DNA of 64,000 nt, taken from NCBI GenBank assembly GCA_963760795.1, contig CAVXEP010000029.1, forward strand, positions 192,001-256,000, given 5' to 3'. Of the stretch, positions 45,183-56,154 are shown piece after piece. The position numbers and the translations under genes are program-made. The stretch is from an uncultured delta proteobacterium. GTDB lineage: Bacteria; Desulfobacterota; Binatia; UBA9968. How positions within the stretch are numbered: the stretch's first letter is position 1; each line of letters starts with the position of its first letter. Below the pieces are notes generated by a model, which saw only the letters and a program-made list of their open reading frames with translations, ran no database searches and was not told where the DNA came from.

Positions 45183-45626
45183 TTAGCTGGCTTTGCGTTG
45201 CCGCTGACCCTTTGCTGCTTCGAGGTCCGCGCCGAGCTGTTCAAGCTTTTGTTTGCCCATAATTTGGCGAAGTTTGGGAAACATTTTCCCTTCTTCTTCT
45301 TCTTCCGCGTGGTGCTCTACGTTCTCCATCAGCACCTTTAGTTTGGGCTCAAATTTTTCGCTGTCCGAGGCCAAACTGTCCATTTCGCGCAGCAGCGTCT
45401 TGATCTGTTTATGTTCTTCCAGCGACTCGAGCACCATGTCTTTGAGCTCTTCATGCTCTTGTACCGCGGGGTAGAAGACGGTCTCCTCGATACGCGCATG
45501 GGTTTCGAGCTCGGTTTTGATCTCCTCGAAGACTTCTTGCTGATCTTCTCCTTCGGTATCTTCGGCCTGTTCGAAGAGCTCTTTAACCTTTTGATGATCC
45601 TGTTTAAGTAGTTCTAAAGCGTCCAT
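45183..45626 (-). CDS. Hemerythrin/HHE-domain protein
   Basis: LKQDH, HARIEETVFYP, EEHKQ, HHAEEEE. Confidence 0.9.
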   Translation of the reverse strand: MDALELLKQDHQKVKELFEQAEDTEGEDQQEVFEEIKTELETHARIEETVFYPAVQEHEELKDMVLESLEEHKQIKTLLREMDSLASDSEKFEPKLKVLMENVEHHAEEEEEGKMFPKLRQIMGKQKLEQLGADLEAAKGQRQRKAS

Positions 45627-45664
45627 TTGATTTATCTCCTTAATCGATTTTCAAGTTGTATAGA

Positions 45665-45679
45665 GCAAATGATAGACCA
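45665..45679 (-). promoter_or_regulatory. Sigma-54 promoter
   Basis: TGGTCT-ATCAT-TTGC(T) on minus strand. Confidence 0.6.
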
Positions 45680-45862
45680 CACGATAAATGATAGATTGCG
45701 CGGTATTACGCCGCTGGATTGTCCCGGTCCTAGGATTTGACAACGATGCCGCGGTCAACGATGGGACACGCGTGAAATATCAAGGAGGTAATTGCCGGGA
45801 AAAAATTCAGAAAACGTGGGCGCCCGAATTCTCAAAAGAAGGATCTTAGAATCTCCCATCGT

Positions 45863-46147
45863 TCAACTATTGTCATCTTCGTTTTTCTTGACGCCGCGGA
45901 TGTTTAATCCGACTAGGCAAACTTGCAAGACCACCATCGCCCACGCCTGAGCGTGCCAGCCCCAGATTACCCAAAGAATGTTACCGGCTAGAAAACAGTA
46001 AAAACCAATTTTTCGGCGCAGTTCTCGCTGGGAAGCGATTAACCAAGCGGCGAGGACATTGGTCACCATTGCGGGCCACTGTAAGAGGTCGAGCCAATTT
46101 AGCATCTGATCGGCACCAGTCGCGTAGGTCGTTCGTCTCTGGGTCAA
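45863..46147 (-). CDS. Small conserved membrane protein
   Basis: LQWPAM...AAWL..S...R..GF..FL..N.LW..WG. Confidence 0.7.
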   Translation of the reverse strand: MTQRRTTYATGADQMLNWLDLLQWPAMVTNVLAAWLIASQRELRRKIGFYCFLAGNILWVIWGWHAQAWAMVVLQVCLVGLNIRGVKKNEDDNS

Positions 46148-46229
46148 ATGAACCTGTTGGCCTTAGACAAGCCGAGCGCTACTTTGGAATAGAAGCGAAG
46201 AGAACCACGAAAACGAAAACTGTCGGTGT

Positions 46230-46502
46230 TTACCAGCCGCGCGTCAGATAATCGGCGAAGACAAAAGTCATTAGCAGGGCGAGCCAGAGCACTCCGGCGC
46301 CGGCAAACAGCAACGTGAGCCGCTGGCTGTGGCGCAGGTGCATGAAATAGGTCGCCACCAGCAGCGCTTTGACGATGGCGATGGTGAGCCCGACGATGGT
46401 GTTCCACCGGGCGCCAAGATCGACGAACGCTGCGCCGGTGGTGGCCAAAGTCAATGCCAGCAAGGCGGCGAAAACGACGTAGTAAGTTTTTACCGCGATC
46501 AT
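46230..46502 (-). CDS. Cytochrome c oxidase subunit IV
   Basis: [22 protein letters not shown]; ATGA overlap with the subunit III stop. Confidence 0.9.
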   Translation of the reverse strand: MIAVKTYYVVFAALLALTLATTGAAFVDLGARWNTIVGLTIAIVKALLVATYFMHLRHSQRLTLLFAGAGVLWLALLMTFVFADYLTRGW

Positions 46503-47146
46503 AGGTGGCGGCCGAGCAGATAAAACAGCGGAAACAAAAAAATCCAAATGATATCGACGAAGTGCCAGTACAGACCGGCGATCTCCACCGGCGTATGGTA
46601 GATGCTGTTGTAACGGCCGCGGCGCGCGGCGACGACCAGCCATGCGAAGATCGCGATGCCGATAATCATGTGCAGGGCATGCATCCCGGTCATGGCGAAG
46701 TAAAAAGAAAAGAATAGCGCCGCCTGCCGCGGGTTTTGGCCGGTATATGAGAAATTGACTCCGGGGACAAGGTTCTCATGGAACTTGTGCAAGTATTCGG
46801 TGGATTTGATGCCGAGAAATACCAGGCCCAATAAAATCGTCAGTACTAGCAGTTGCACCAGAGCGTGGCGCCGGTCCTGTTGCGCTGCATGCACGGCGAG
46901 CACCACGGTCAAGCTGCTGGCGATCAGCACCACGGTGTTGATCATGCCGAGAAGGATATCCATGTGGTTGCTGGCCTGGGTGAACGCTTCGGGGTAGAGA
47001 GAGCGATAGACCGCATAGCCTAAAAACATGCCGCCGAAAAATAAAATCTCAGTGGCAAGAAAAGCCCACATGCCGAGATTGGCGGCGTCGTGCTGCTGCT
47101 CGAGATCGTCGAATTGGTGCGCTAGGACTTCAGGAGTTGGCGCCAC
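46499..47146 (-). CDS. coxC: Cytochrome c oxidase subunit III
   Basis: [30 protein letters not shown]. Confidence 0.95.
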   Translation of the reverse strand: MAPTPEVLAHQFDDLEQQHDAANLGMWAFLATEILFFGGMFLGYAVYRSLYPEAFTQASNHMDILLGMINTVVLIASSLTVVLAVHAAQQDRRHALVQLLVLTILLGLVFLGIKSTEYLHKFHENLVPGVNFSYTGQNPRQAALFFSFYFAMTGMHALHMIIGIAIFAWLVVAARRGRYNSIYHTPVEIAGLYWHFVDIIWIFLFPLFYLLGRHL

Positions 47147-48734
47147 GGTCTTGCTCCGATGGGTAGGTATAAACCTCGCAGGTCACCACTGGGGTAACGG
47201 CGAAATTTTCCGTGGGCGGCGGCGACGCGGTCTGCCATTCCAAGCCGCTCGCGCCAAATGGATTGGCGCTCGCCGGCGGGCCGTAGCGCATCGACCAGAT
47301 GAAATAAACCATCGGAATGAGATAGCCGACGCCGAGGATCGAGGCGCCCGCCGAGGACATGACGTTCAATACCTGAAACTCGTCGGGGTAAGCGTAGTAG
47401 CGCCGCGGCATGCCCAAATAGCCCAGTAAAAACTGCGGGAAAAAAGTCAGATTGAAACCGACAAAAATTACCAAGGCGGCAAACTTCGCCCAGCCTTCCG
47501 GATACAGCCGGCCGGAAATTTTCGGCCACCAAAAGTGCAGCCCGCCGAGATAGCCCATGATAGTGCCGCCGACCATGATGTAGTGAAAGTGCGCGACGAC
47601 GAAATAGGTGTCGTGAACGTGCACATCGACGGCCAGAGTCGCGAGAAAAAGGCCGGTCAAGCCGCCGATGGTGAACAGGCCGATAAAGCCGAGGGCGTAG
47701 AGCAGAGGGGTCTGCCAGGACACCGAACCTTTGTACAGAGTCGCCGTCCAGTTAAAAACTTTGATCGCCGAGGGGATCGCCACGAACATGCTCAAAAAGG
47801 AAAACACCATGCCGGCATACACCGATTGGCCGCTGACGAACATATGGTGGCCCCAGACGAAAAAGCCCAGCACTGCGATGGCGATGCTGGAGAAAGCGAC
47901 GAACGGATAACTGAAGATGCGTTTGCGCGAAAAGGTCGTGATCAGCTCGCTGATCACTCCCATGGCGGGGAGAATCATGATGTAAACCGCCGGATGGGAA
48001 TAAAACCAGAACAGGTGTTGAAAGAGAATCGGATCGCCGCCCAGAGCGGGATTGAAAATCCCCAAGCCGAGCAACCGCTCGAGGGCCAACAGCACGATGG
48101 TGATCGCCAGCACCGGGGTGCCGAGCAATATAATGACGCTGGTCGCATAATGCGACCAGATAAACAGCGGCAAACGAAACCAGGTCTGCCCAGGGGCGCG
48201 CATGGTGTGGATGGTCACGACGAAATTGAGCCCGGTCATGATCGAGGAAAAACCGACGATGAAGGCGCCGAGGGCGGTAGCGATGACATAGCTGTTGCTG
48301 TAGACCGTGCTGTAGGGCGTGTAGAACGTCCATCCGGTATCGACGCCGCCGGCGAGCATGGCGCCCAGAAGGAAGAGCCCGCCGGTGACAAACACGTACC
48401 AGCTCGCCAGATTTAACCGGGGAAAGGCGAGATCGCGCGCGCCCAACATCATCGGCACCAGGAAATTTCCCAAGACTGCCGGAATGGCCGGGATCAAAAA
48501 CAAAAAAATCATGACGATGCCGTGCATGGTGAACAGCTTGTTGTAAGTCTCGGCCTGCACCAGATCGCCCTGAGGGGTCAAGAGCTCGATGCGAAAGATC
48601 ACCGCCGCCGCGCCGCCGATGAAAAAGAACAGCGTCACCGCGCCTAGATACAAAAGCGCGATGCGCTTGTGATCTCTGGTCAGCAACCAGGACTTCACGC
48701 CGTAGTTGACGTTGAGATAGTTCATTTCAGACAA
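47130..48734 (-). CDS. coxA: Cytochrome c oxidase subunit I, A2 type
   Basis: [18 protein letters not shown] (A2 YS motif), [18 protein letters not shown]. Confidence 0.97.
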   Translation of the reverse strand: MSEMNYLNVNYGVKSWLLTRDHKRIALLYLGAVTLFFFIGGAAAVIFRIELLTPQGDLVQAETYNKLFTMHGIVMIFLFLIPAIPAVLGNFLVPMMLGARDLAFPRLNLASWYVFVTGGLFLLGAMLAGGVDTGWTFYTPYSTVYSNSYVIATALGAFIVGFSSIMTGLNFVVTIHTMRAPGQTWFRLPLFIWSHYATSVIILLGTPVLAITIVLLALERLLGLGIFNPALGGDPILFQHLFWFYSHPAVYIMILPAMGVISELITTFSRKRIFSYPFVAFSSIAIAVLGFFVWGHHMFVSGQSVYAGMVFSFLSMFVAIPSAIKVFNWTATLYKGSVSWQTPLLYALGFIGLFTIGGLTGLFLATLAVDVHVHDTYFVVAHFHYIMVGGTIMGYLGGLHFWWPKISGRLYPEGWAKFAALVIFVGFNLTFFPQFLLGYLGMPRRYYAYPDEFQVLNVMSSAGASILGVGYLIPMVYFIWSMRYGPPASANPFGASGLEWQTASPPPTENFAVTPVVTCEVYTYPSEQDRGANS

Positions 48735-48758
48735 ACTCGTCCAAATCCTTTAATGAAG

Positions 48759-49737
48759 TTAGCCTTTTTTAAGGGCCTTGATGTACGCCAACAGCTGCAT
48801 CAGCTCCTCTTCGTTTACTCTGTCCCTGAAACGACGGCATTAACGCTTGGAATCCGGCGGTGATTTTCGCTTGCGGTTGAAGGATCGACTCGCGGATGTA
48901 GCTTTCGTTCGCCAGCGTGGTGCGGCCGTCTTGCAAACGCACCGGGTTGCCGAAGACGCCGTTCAACAACGGCCCGATGCCTTGACGGTCTGGCAGGTGG
49001 CAGCTGGCGCAACCGAGTTGTTGAAACAGGCGGTGGCCGCGGTCGGCGACCGATCCTTCGGCACGCGACAGCGTCGATGCCGCCATAGCCGAACCGGGGG
49101 CCGCGGTGTCGCCACTCAGCCAAGCGGCGTACTGCACCGGTTCGAGCACCACGATGCGGCCGATCATGCCCGAGTGTTGCGTGCCGCAATACTCGGCGCA
49201 GAACATGTGAAATCGGCCGGTCTTGGTGGCCTCGAACCAGACGGTGGTGTAGCGGCCAGGCACCGCGTCTTGCTTGACCCGAAACGCCGGCACGTAAAAA
49301 CTGTGAATCACATCTTCGCTGGCGATGACCAGCTTCACGGGCTGCCCGAGGGGCACATGAAGCTCGTTGATCTCACGCTGGCCGTCGGGGTGCTGGAACT
49401 TCCACATCCACTGGCGGCCGACGACGAATATTTCCAGCGAATCATTGGGCGGGCGGGACATCGAAAAGTAAACTTTCGCGCCCCAGACAAACATGACCAT
49501 GGTCAAAGCGAGTGGGACCACCGTCCAAACGATTTCCAACGTAAGATTGTCGTTGACCAGGGCGGGGGCATGTTCTTCGCCGGCCCGGTGATGATACTTA
49601 ATGGCAAAGTAAATGACCGCGCCGAAAATGAGCAGCGAAAAAAATCCGCTGATCATTACGAGAAAAAAATAAATCGCATCGACGCGGCCGGCTAAAGTAG
49701 ATGCCTGTTCGGGGAATAGGGGAAAGTTGGACCGCAT
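48759..49737 (-). CDS. coxB: Cytochrome c oxidase subunit II with fused cytochrome c (caa3); C-terminal frameshift
   Basis: DVIHS, CAEYCGTQHSGM (CuA), CASCH; alternate frame VNEEELMQLLAYIKALKKG* ends 48759. Confidence 0.95.
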
Positions 49738-49750
49738 AACTAGATCAAAA

Positions 49751-49860
49751 CGCGTTCAAGCTGGTCAACCACTTCGTTCCGTTCAAGCGGTTCAAGCCGT
49801 CTAGGAGGGCGCGACAGTTGAAACCTCCGCAGCGCTTGAACGGTCGGACGAGTTCAAGCG
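49751..49860. repeat. CGTTCAA-based 9-mer repeat element
   Basis: cgttcaagc / cgttcaagc / ggttcaagc ... gcttgaacgg. Confidence 0.7.
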
Positions 49861-50636
49861 GTTTTCCGCCGCTCGCGCAGTAACATGATCGCGATAAATC
49901 CGCCGACGGCGGCCACCGTGATCAGCGCCGAGACGCGCAGGATGTTGAGGATCGCCAGCGTGTAGCGGCCCTGGGCGGGATCGTACCGATAACAGAGCAT
50001 CAGCAGATGGTCGAGGGGTGAGCCGATGCGGTTGCCGGAGGCTTCGATGAGCGCGAAGCGCAACTCTTTGGGCGGAAAGTCGATGGTTGAAAAGTAGCGC
50101 GAAATTCTTCCCTCCGGCGTGAGCACCAGAGTATTGGCTGCATGGATGAAACTTTCTCGCCCGGCGTTTTGGCTCGGGCGATAGCGAAAGCCCGCGGCTT
50201 GGGTCAGCGCTTCGATGGTTTGGGCCGAGGCGGTGAGAAAATGCCAGCTCGCCGCGCCGTGGATCGCTTTTTTCTTGCGCGCGGCCAGCGCCGCGGTTTC
50301 GGCTGGATCGATGCTCACCGCAACTACTTGATAATCCTCGCCGGCCAGGCGCAACACGCGCAAGCTGCGCCCGAGTCCCTCCAAGACCAGCGGGCAGAGC
50401 TGCGGGCAGTCGTAGTAAACGAAAGCCAGGAGCACCGGCTTGCCGTTGAAATAATGTCGTAGTGACACCGCCGCGCCGGTTTCGTCGCGCAGCGCGAGAT
50501 CCAAGGGCAGCTGGTTGTTCAAGCGTTCCTCGATGGTGACCGATTCCAGTAACGCTTTCTGGCGATCGCCGTCGTGGGCGAGAGCCGGGGAAACCAGAAC
50601 AAACGCTATTAGGGCAATAATAATGAGACTTGGCAT
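49854..50636 (-). CDS. SCO1/SenC copper chaperone
   Basis: YYDCPQLC, VSIDP, HAA; likely start MPSLII at 50636. Confidence 0.92.
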   Translation of the reverse strand: MPSLIIIALIAFVLVSPALAHDGDRQKALLESVTIEERLNNQLPLDLALRDETGAAVSLRHYFNGKPVLLAFVYYDCPQLCPLVLEGLGRSLRVLRLAGEDYQVVAVSIDPAETAALAARKKKAIHGAASWHFLTASAQTIEALTQAAGFRYRPSQNAGRESFIHAANTLVLTPEGRISRYFSTIDFPPKELRFALIEASGNRIGSPLDHLLMLCYRYDPAQGRYTLAILNILRVSALITVAAVGGFIAIMLLRERRKTA

Positions 50637-50653
50637 CTTATTGGTTTTAGGGT

Positions 50654-50770
50654 TCCAATCGTTCAATCGCTGCGCTTCGTTCAAGCCGTTCAAACCGTCT
50701 CGGAGGTTACAACAGTTTAGAGCTCTTTGAAGAGGAAGATGGAGCGTAGCGATTGAACGGTTTGAACGGC
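50654..50770. repeat. CGTTCAA/TTGAACG inverted 9-mer repeat element
   Basis: cgttcaatcgctgcgcttcgttcaagccgttcaaacc ... gagcgtagcgattgaacggtttgaacgg. Confidence 0.8.
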
Positions 50771-50771
50771 T

Positions 50772-51167
50772 TTATTTTTTCCGCGCCGGCAGGCCGCGCT
50801 GCGCCGTCAGTTCCATGGCGCGTTCGATGGGGATGCGAACAATGCCTTTTTGCTGATCGATCCAACCGTAGCTATGCAAGATTTTGTCTTCGGCGGCGCG
50901 CATTTCTGCCATCTCGCTACGCGGCGATATTTGCAGGGGCGGGCCGGTGGTTTGCGGCGTGCTTTGCCGGATGCCGACCGGATCATGGCCAAGCCGGCTT
51001 TCCCGCGTGCTGAAAAAATTGAATAGCCAAAAGAGAAACACCAGAATCAGCACCACGGCGGCGGCCAAACCGACACCCCAATAAGTGATACGGCGCAGAT
51101 CGACATCGCTGCTTTCGTGGCTGACCGCCGGATTGTCCTGCCGCGGCGCGTCGGTGTGCTCAACCAT
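50772..51167 (-). CDS. ACIII accessory subunit, ActG-like
   Basis: One TM, P.LQ, YGWID...VRIPIERAM; position after actF. Confidence 0.75.
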   Translation of the reverse strand: MVEHTDAPRQDNPAVSHESSDVDLRRITYWGVGLAAAVVLILVFLFWLFNFFSTRESRLGHDPVGIRQSTPQTTGPPLQISPRSEMAEMRAAEDKILHSYGWIDQQKGIVRIPIERAMELTAQRGLPARKK

Positions 51168-52339
51168 GGTCGATGGCCTCGCGGGCGTAGGGATCGCGCA
51201 ACGGCCATAGCGGTCCGCTGGCGCAAATTGCGCAAGAACATGGCTAGCCAGATGCCGCCGAGGCCCACGGGCGCGGCAATATCCATCCAGTGAATTGTCA
51301 AACGACCGGGGTTAAAGGCCGGGGCGGTGTACCAGAAAATATCGATCATGCGCATGATGATGATGGCGCCGGCGACCGCGGCTAATGCGGGCGCCGGCCG
51401 TTTGACTTTGCGCGACAACAGCAACAGGAAGGGCACGATAAAATGGAAGACGACCAAGGCGATGACGACCCACTGCCAACCGCCGCGGTTGCGGCGCAGG
51501 TACCACGAGATCTCCTCGGGCAAGTTGCCCGACCAGATTATGATCCACTGTGAATAGGCGAAGTAAGCCCAGAGCATGACGAAGGCGAGGAGCAAATTGC
51601 CGAGGTCGCGAAAATGCGACGGCGTAACCATTGCCGTGACCGGCGCATGTCGTGCCAGCACAATGGCGACGAGAATGGTAAAGGCGAACCCCGCCAATCC
51701 GTGGCCGCCAAAAAAATGCACACCATAAATAGTCGAATACCAGTGCGGCTCGAGGGACATGGTCCAATCCATGGATGCAAACGTGACGGTCAGGCCATAG
51801 AGCAATAAACCCGGCGCGCTGGCCATGCGCTGACGCGCGATAAGGTGGGCATCGGCGCTGCGGTCATGGTGATCCGACCAGCGTCCCAGAAAAAATGACC
51901 CGCCGGCCCAAATCGCAAAATAAAGCGCGGCGCGGGTGACGAAGAATGGCACGTTCAAATAAGCCGCTTTGTGGCGCAGCAATGCATCGTGCGCCAAAGC
52001 CTCCGGGCGAGCCCACTCATAGAGGCTGTGCAGTCCGAACAATAGGGGGACGTATAGCAAAGCCATCAACGGCAGCGTTTTCATTGCCGACTCCAGCGGG
52101 CGACGGATGACCATGCCCCAGGCGCCGCCGGAAAGATTGTGCAGCATGACGATGCCCAGGCAGCCGAGCGCGATGCCGAGCCAGAAAACATACGCGAAAA
52201 GATAGGATTGAAAAAACTGCTGGCGGCTAAACCAGGCGCCGACGAGACACAGCGTTAAACCGGCGATGCCGACGATCAGGGAAACGCGCTGAAAAGTTTC
52301 CCAGCCCTCGAAGGTGCGCGGCTCGTTCGCGGTGGCCAT
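51160..52339 (-). CDS. actF: Alternative complex III subunit ActF (C-terminal frameshift)
   Basis: Polytopic NrfD-like; MDWTMSLEPHWYSTIYG, DLGNLLLAFVMLWAY, IIWSGNLPEE. Confidence 0.9.
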
Positions 52340-53020
52340 CAGGGCTTACTCCCGGTGAGCTGGTCGCGCTGGGTTGCCGGAACGTCGTCGAGCTTTGCGT
52401 TCTGGCTCAATTGCAAAGCCTTTATGTAGGCGATAATCGCCCAACGATCCTGGGCGGTGATCTGGACGCCGTAGCCGGGCATAGCGCCGATACCCTGAGT
52501 GATGACGCGAAATAAATGGCCCACCGGCTGCTTATTCAAAATTTCGCTATGCAAAGAGGGCGGCCGGGAGTAGCCGCGGCGCACGATCATGCCGTTACCG
52601 CTGCCGGTCCGGTCGTGACAGGGCGTGCAATATATCTCGTAGCGCTCCTGGCCGCGGTGCAGCACTTCGATGGTCACCGGCAAAGGAAACTCCGTGGCGA
52701 CAGCCGTGTCGGTGCCGCCGTTAAAAAACTGCTCGTCATCCCTCAGCTGCGCCGCGTGCCACAGTGCCTTCGACCAGCGGCCGGGCCGACTGGCCGTCCG
52801 GAAAAAATTTGCTCGCTTCGAGCGGATCGTAGCGCGGTTGATCGGCCATCTCCTGGCGGCAGGCGGTCATCATAACGAATATCGCGGCGATCGTTGTAAG
52901 AAGAAGCCAATTCAGGGGTCGAGGATGGAGAATCGCGGATGGAGGATGGCAGAGAATCGCCAGACGTCCGGCGATCCAAAATAAAAACCGCCGTGCAATC
53001 TTTCGATCCTCGATGCTCAA
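52339..53020 (-). CDS. actE: Alternative complex III monoheme lipoprotein ActE (frameshift near 52745; start uncertain)
   Basis: TACRQEMADQPRYDPL...GTVARG; GQERYEIYCTPCH; DRWAIIAYIKALQ. Confidence 0.88.
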
Positions 53021-53038
53021 TCCTCGATCCTCAATCTT
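52914..53038. repeat. Inverted arrays of 7-mer repeats (GAGGATG / GATCCTC)
   Basis: GAGGATG GAGAATC GCGGATG GAGGATG ... TCGATCC TCGATGC TCAATCC TCGATCC TCAATCT. Confidence 0.8.
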
Positions 53039-53039
53039 T

Positions 53040-53564
53040 TTAGAATTCCACTTCGCTCACCGAGCGCGGCTCCATGCGATCTAAAAAGCGCCATGTGTCG
53101 TCGCGCACGAATTTAGGGTCCGCCGCTTCGATGCAGAGAAAGAACCGGTCGCGGCTGGCTAGGGCGAAGCGTGGCGCGTTGAATACCGGGTGATGCGGCA
53201 TGGGCAGTCCATTTAGGGCCAGCATGCCTAAGACGGCGAAGAGGCCCGCGCAAAGAATGGTCAGCTCAAAAGTCACCGGGATGAAAGCCGGCCAACTGTG
53301 CAGCGGACGGCCGCCGATGTTCAACGGATAGTCGATCACCGCGATGTAGTATTGCATGAGATAGCCGACGAGGGCGCCGGTGATGCCGCCGATCAACACC
53401 ATCGCTGCCACGCCTGTGTGCTCAAGCCCCAAGGCTTCGTTCAATTCTTCGACAGGAAAGGGCGTGTATGCATCCATCCGGCGATAGCCCGCGGCATGGG
53501 CTTCGCGCGCCGCGGCGACAAGAGCGCTCGGATTGTCGAATTCGGCCATCAAACCGTAGATCAT
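53040..53564 (-). CDS. actD: Alternative complex III subunit ActD (DUF3341)
   Basis: YGLMAEF, DAYTPFPV, IGGRP..SWPAFIPVTFELTIL. Confidence 0.92.
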   Translation of the reverse strand: MIYGLMAEFDNPSALVAAAREAHAAGYRRMDAYTPFPVEELNEALGLEHTGVAAMVLIGGITGALVGYLMQYYIAVIDYPLNIGGRPLHSWPAFIPVTFELTILCAGLFAVLGMLALNGLPMPHHPVFNAPRFALASRDRFFLCIEAADPKFVRDDTWRFLDRMEPRSVSEVEF

Positions 53565-53569
53565 AAAAT

Positions 53570-53755
53570 TCCAAGCGCGTTCAAACCGTTCAAGCGCTTT
53601 GCTCCGTTCAATCGCTCACGCTCCGTTCAAACCGTGCCTTCCCGAAGCGAGAAGCGGGCGCGCTTCGCCGCGCGGCGTTTTCTTTCCCCGCGACGCGGAG
53701 TAGGGGCTTGAGCGATTTGAACTAAGCGTAGCGATTGAACGATTTGAACCGGTTA
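53570..53755. repeat. CGTTCAA/TTGAACG inverted 9-mer repeat element
   Basis: cgttcaaaccgttcaagc...cgttcaatcgc...cgttcaaacc ... agcgtagcgattgaacgatttgaacc. Confidence 0.8.
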
Positions 53756-55130
53756 AGGTTCTTCTTTGATTTCCGCCTGCGGCAACAGCGTGCGCATCTC
53801 GAATATCGAAATCATCGGCAGGAAACGGATGAACAGAAATACCAGGCTGAGGAATAAACCGATGGTGCCGGCGAAAGTCGCAACATCCCATACCGTCGGT
53901 AGATAATTACCCCACGACGAGGGCAGGAAGTCGCGATGCAGACTGGTGATGACGATGACGAAGCGTTCGAGCCACATGCCGATGTTGACGATGATCGCGA
54001 TGACGAACAGCAAGATCGGGTTGGCGCGGACGCGAGCCGACCAAAGCGCCTGGGGCACGATCACGTTGCATAGTATCAACGCCCAGTAAGCTGGCGCGTA
54101 GGGGCCGAGCATACGATTTTTCGTCATGTACATTTCAAATTCGTTAGCGCTGTACCAGGAGGCGAACAGCTCCATGAAATAGCCATAGGCGACGATCAAG
54201 CCGGTGGCGAGCATAATTTTCGCCATGTTTTCCAGGTGCCGTGCGCGTGATGAAATCTTGCAAGCCATAGGCCGCGCGTAGCGGGATCGCCAGGGTCAGC
54301 ACCATGGCGAAGCCCGAATAAATCGCGCCGGCGACGAAGTAGGGCGGAAAAATCGTCGTGTGCCACCCGGGCACGATGGCGACGGCAAAATCCAGACTGA
54401 CCACCGTGTGCACCGAAACGACCAGCGGCGTGGCGATTCCAGCGAGCAGGAGATAAGCGGCTTCGTAACGCTGCCAATGGCGCGCCGAGCCGCGCCAACC
54501 CATGGCGAGAATGCCGTAAACCACTCGCCCGGCGCGGCTCTGCGAACGATCGCGCAGCGTGGCGAGATCGGGGATCAAACCGACAAACCAAAAGAGCAGC
54601 GAAATCGTCAGATACGTCGATACCGCAAAGACATCCCATACTAATGGACTGCGAAACTGCGGCTGCAGCCCTAGGGTATTGGGATAAGGGAATAGCCAAT
54701 AGAAAAGCCACGGCCGGCCGAGATGCAGTATCGGATATAATCCCGCGCAGGCGACGGCGAACAGGGTCATCGCTTCGGCGAAACGGTTGATCGAAGTGCG
54801 CCATTCCTGGTGCAGCAACAACAGAACTGCGGAAATTAGCGTGCCGGCGTGGCCGATGCCGATCCACCAGACGAAGTTGACGATGGCGAAGCCCCACGCC
54901 ACGGGAGCATTGACACCCCAGATGCCGACGCCTCTGACGAATAAGTAAGCGACGGCGAACAGCAACAGCATGAGCAGAGAAAAAGCGGCGCCAAAGCCGG
55001 CCCACCAGCGCATGCCGGTGGGTTGCTGCAGAACGATGGCGCCGATTTTGTCGCTGACCGAGGCGAAGCTGTGGCCGGGAGCGATGAATGGAGAATTCGT
55101 TTCAGCAGATTGGCGATCGGTCGACTGCAT
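53753..55130 (-). CDS. actC: Alternative complex III subunit ActC (NrfD/PsrC family), frameshift near 54245
   Basis: [47 protein letters not shown]. Confidence 0.95.
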
Positions 55131-55517
55131 TGTTTTATTCGAACAGGTTCACGGTTAGCCACGCTGGCTTACGTTTTCATGAGACTCAAATAAGACCGAA
55201 AGAATAAGCAAGGTGAGCGCGGCCAATTGGAGCACGAAGCGGATGGCATGACCGGTTTCCCAACTCGACCGCAACTCCATCCAGTTGGCAGGAACAGAAG
55301 TCGTCGTGGCGGCGCGGAAAGCTTCATTTGCCGGCGCCGTCGTAAACCATTTTGGCCGGGCGTTCTAGCACGTGGGCAAACGCCAAACCGGTCAGGAGAG
55401 CGACCGTTAAGAGAGTGATGAAACGGTAAATGTTAATTAGCATAGGCGCTAATTGACCTGCGACGCCTGACGTGGTGGCTGGCTTAAGCGGGGAAGCGCG
55501 CCGACCAATTTCTCAAG

Positions 55518-56009
55518 TTAAGTTTCTACATTCGCTTGGCTAGTGGCCGCGTGGGACAGCTCGGTCTGTGACCGAACCCCGGACCACCAGACCAGGGCGA
55601 TGAAGAGCACCTGAAGCGCGACTCTCGGTATCAGCGGTGTCGCAGGCGCGCCACGGAGCGTGACGCCCGACTGTGCAGCGTAAATGTTTGCCGGCAACAC
55701 GGCGACGAGAAACAGCACTAGCGCCACCGCAGCAAGGCGACGTGTCTGTGGCACGAGGAGGCCGATGGCACCGAGTATCTCGCAAAATCCTGTAAATGAG
55801 ACGATGAATTCGGCATTGGGCACCTGGGGCGGCACCATCCGTATCAGGTCAGGCCGCATGCTGTTGAAGTGCGCAGCGGCGGTAAAGCAGAACATTACTG
55901 CCAGGCCGACTCTTGTAGCGGTGGCCCAATCCCGCAGCGCTGTCACGCCAAGCTGGCCGATTAATCGCGCGAGTACAGTGACGACGATCAGAATGATCAG
56001 CGGTGCCAT
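55518..56009 (-). CDS. DoxX-like membrane protein inside the act operon
   Basis: AHF...MVPP..P....V..TG.CE.LGA.GLL.P.TR; PANI. Confidence 0.8.
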   Translation of the reverse strand: MAPLIILIVVTVLARLIGQLGVTALRDWATATRVGLAVMFCFTAAAHFNSMRPDLIRMVPPQVPNAEFIVSFTGFCEILGAIGLLVPQTRRLAAVALVLFLVAVLPANIYAAQSGVTLRGAPATPLIPRVALQVLFIALVWWSGVRSQTELSHAATSQANVET

Positions 56010-56154
56010 GATCTGGTTGCGAATCTTTCTTTCTCGGTCTGAACAAAGATAGCAAACTTCTCACTGGAAAACGCCGGTGGAAACCAGCGGACTGGCGGTC
56101 ACGGCGAGCGTGCCTTTGCAGGATATTGCGGGTGCCACTTGCGCAGTTAAAAGC

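Noticed and set aside
49751-53755. CRISPR array interpretation of the 9-mer and 7-mer repeats
   Set aside because: Units are short, degenerate and inverted, with no regular unique spacers and no cas genes.
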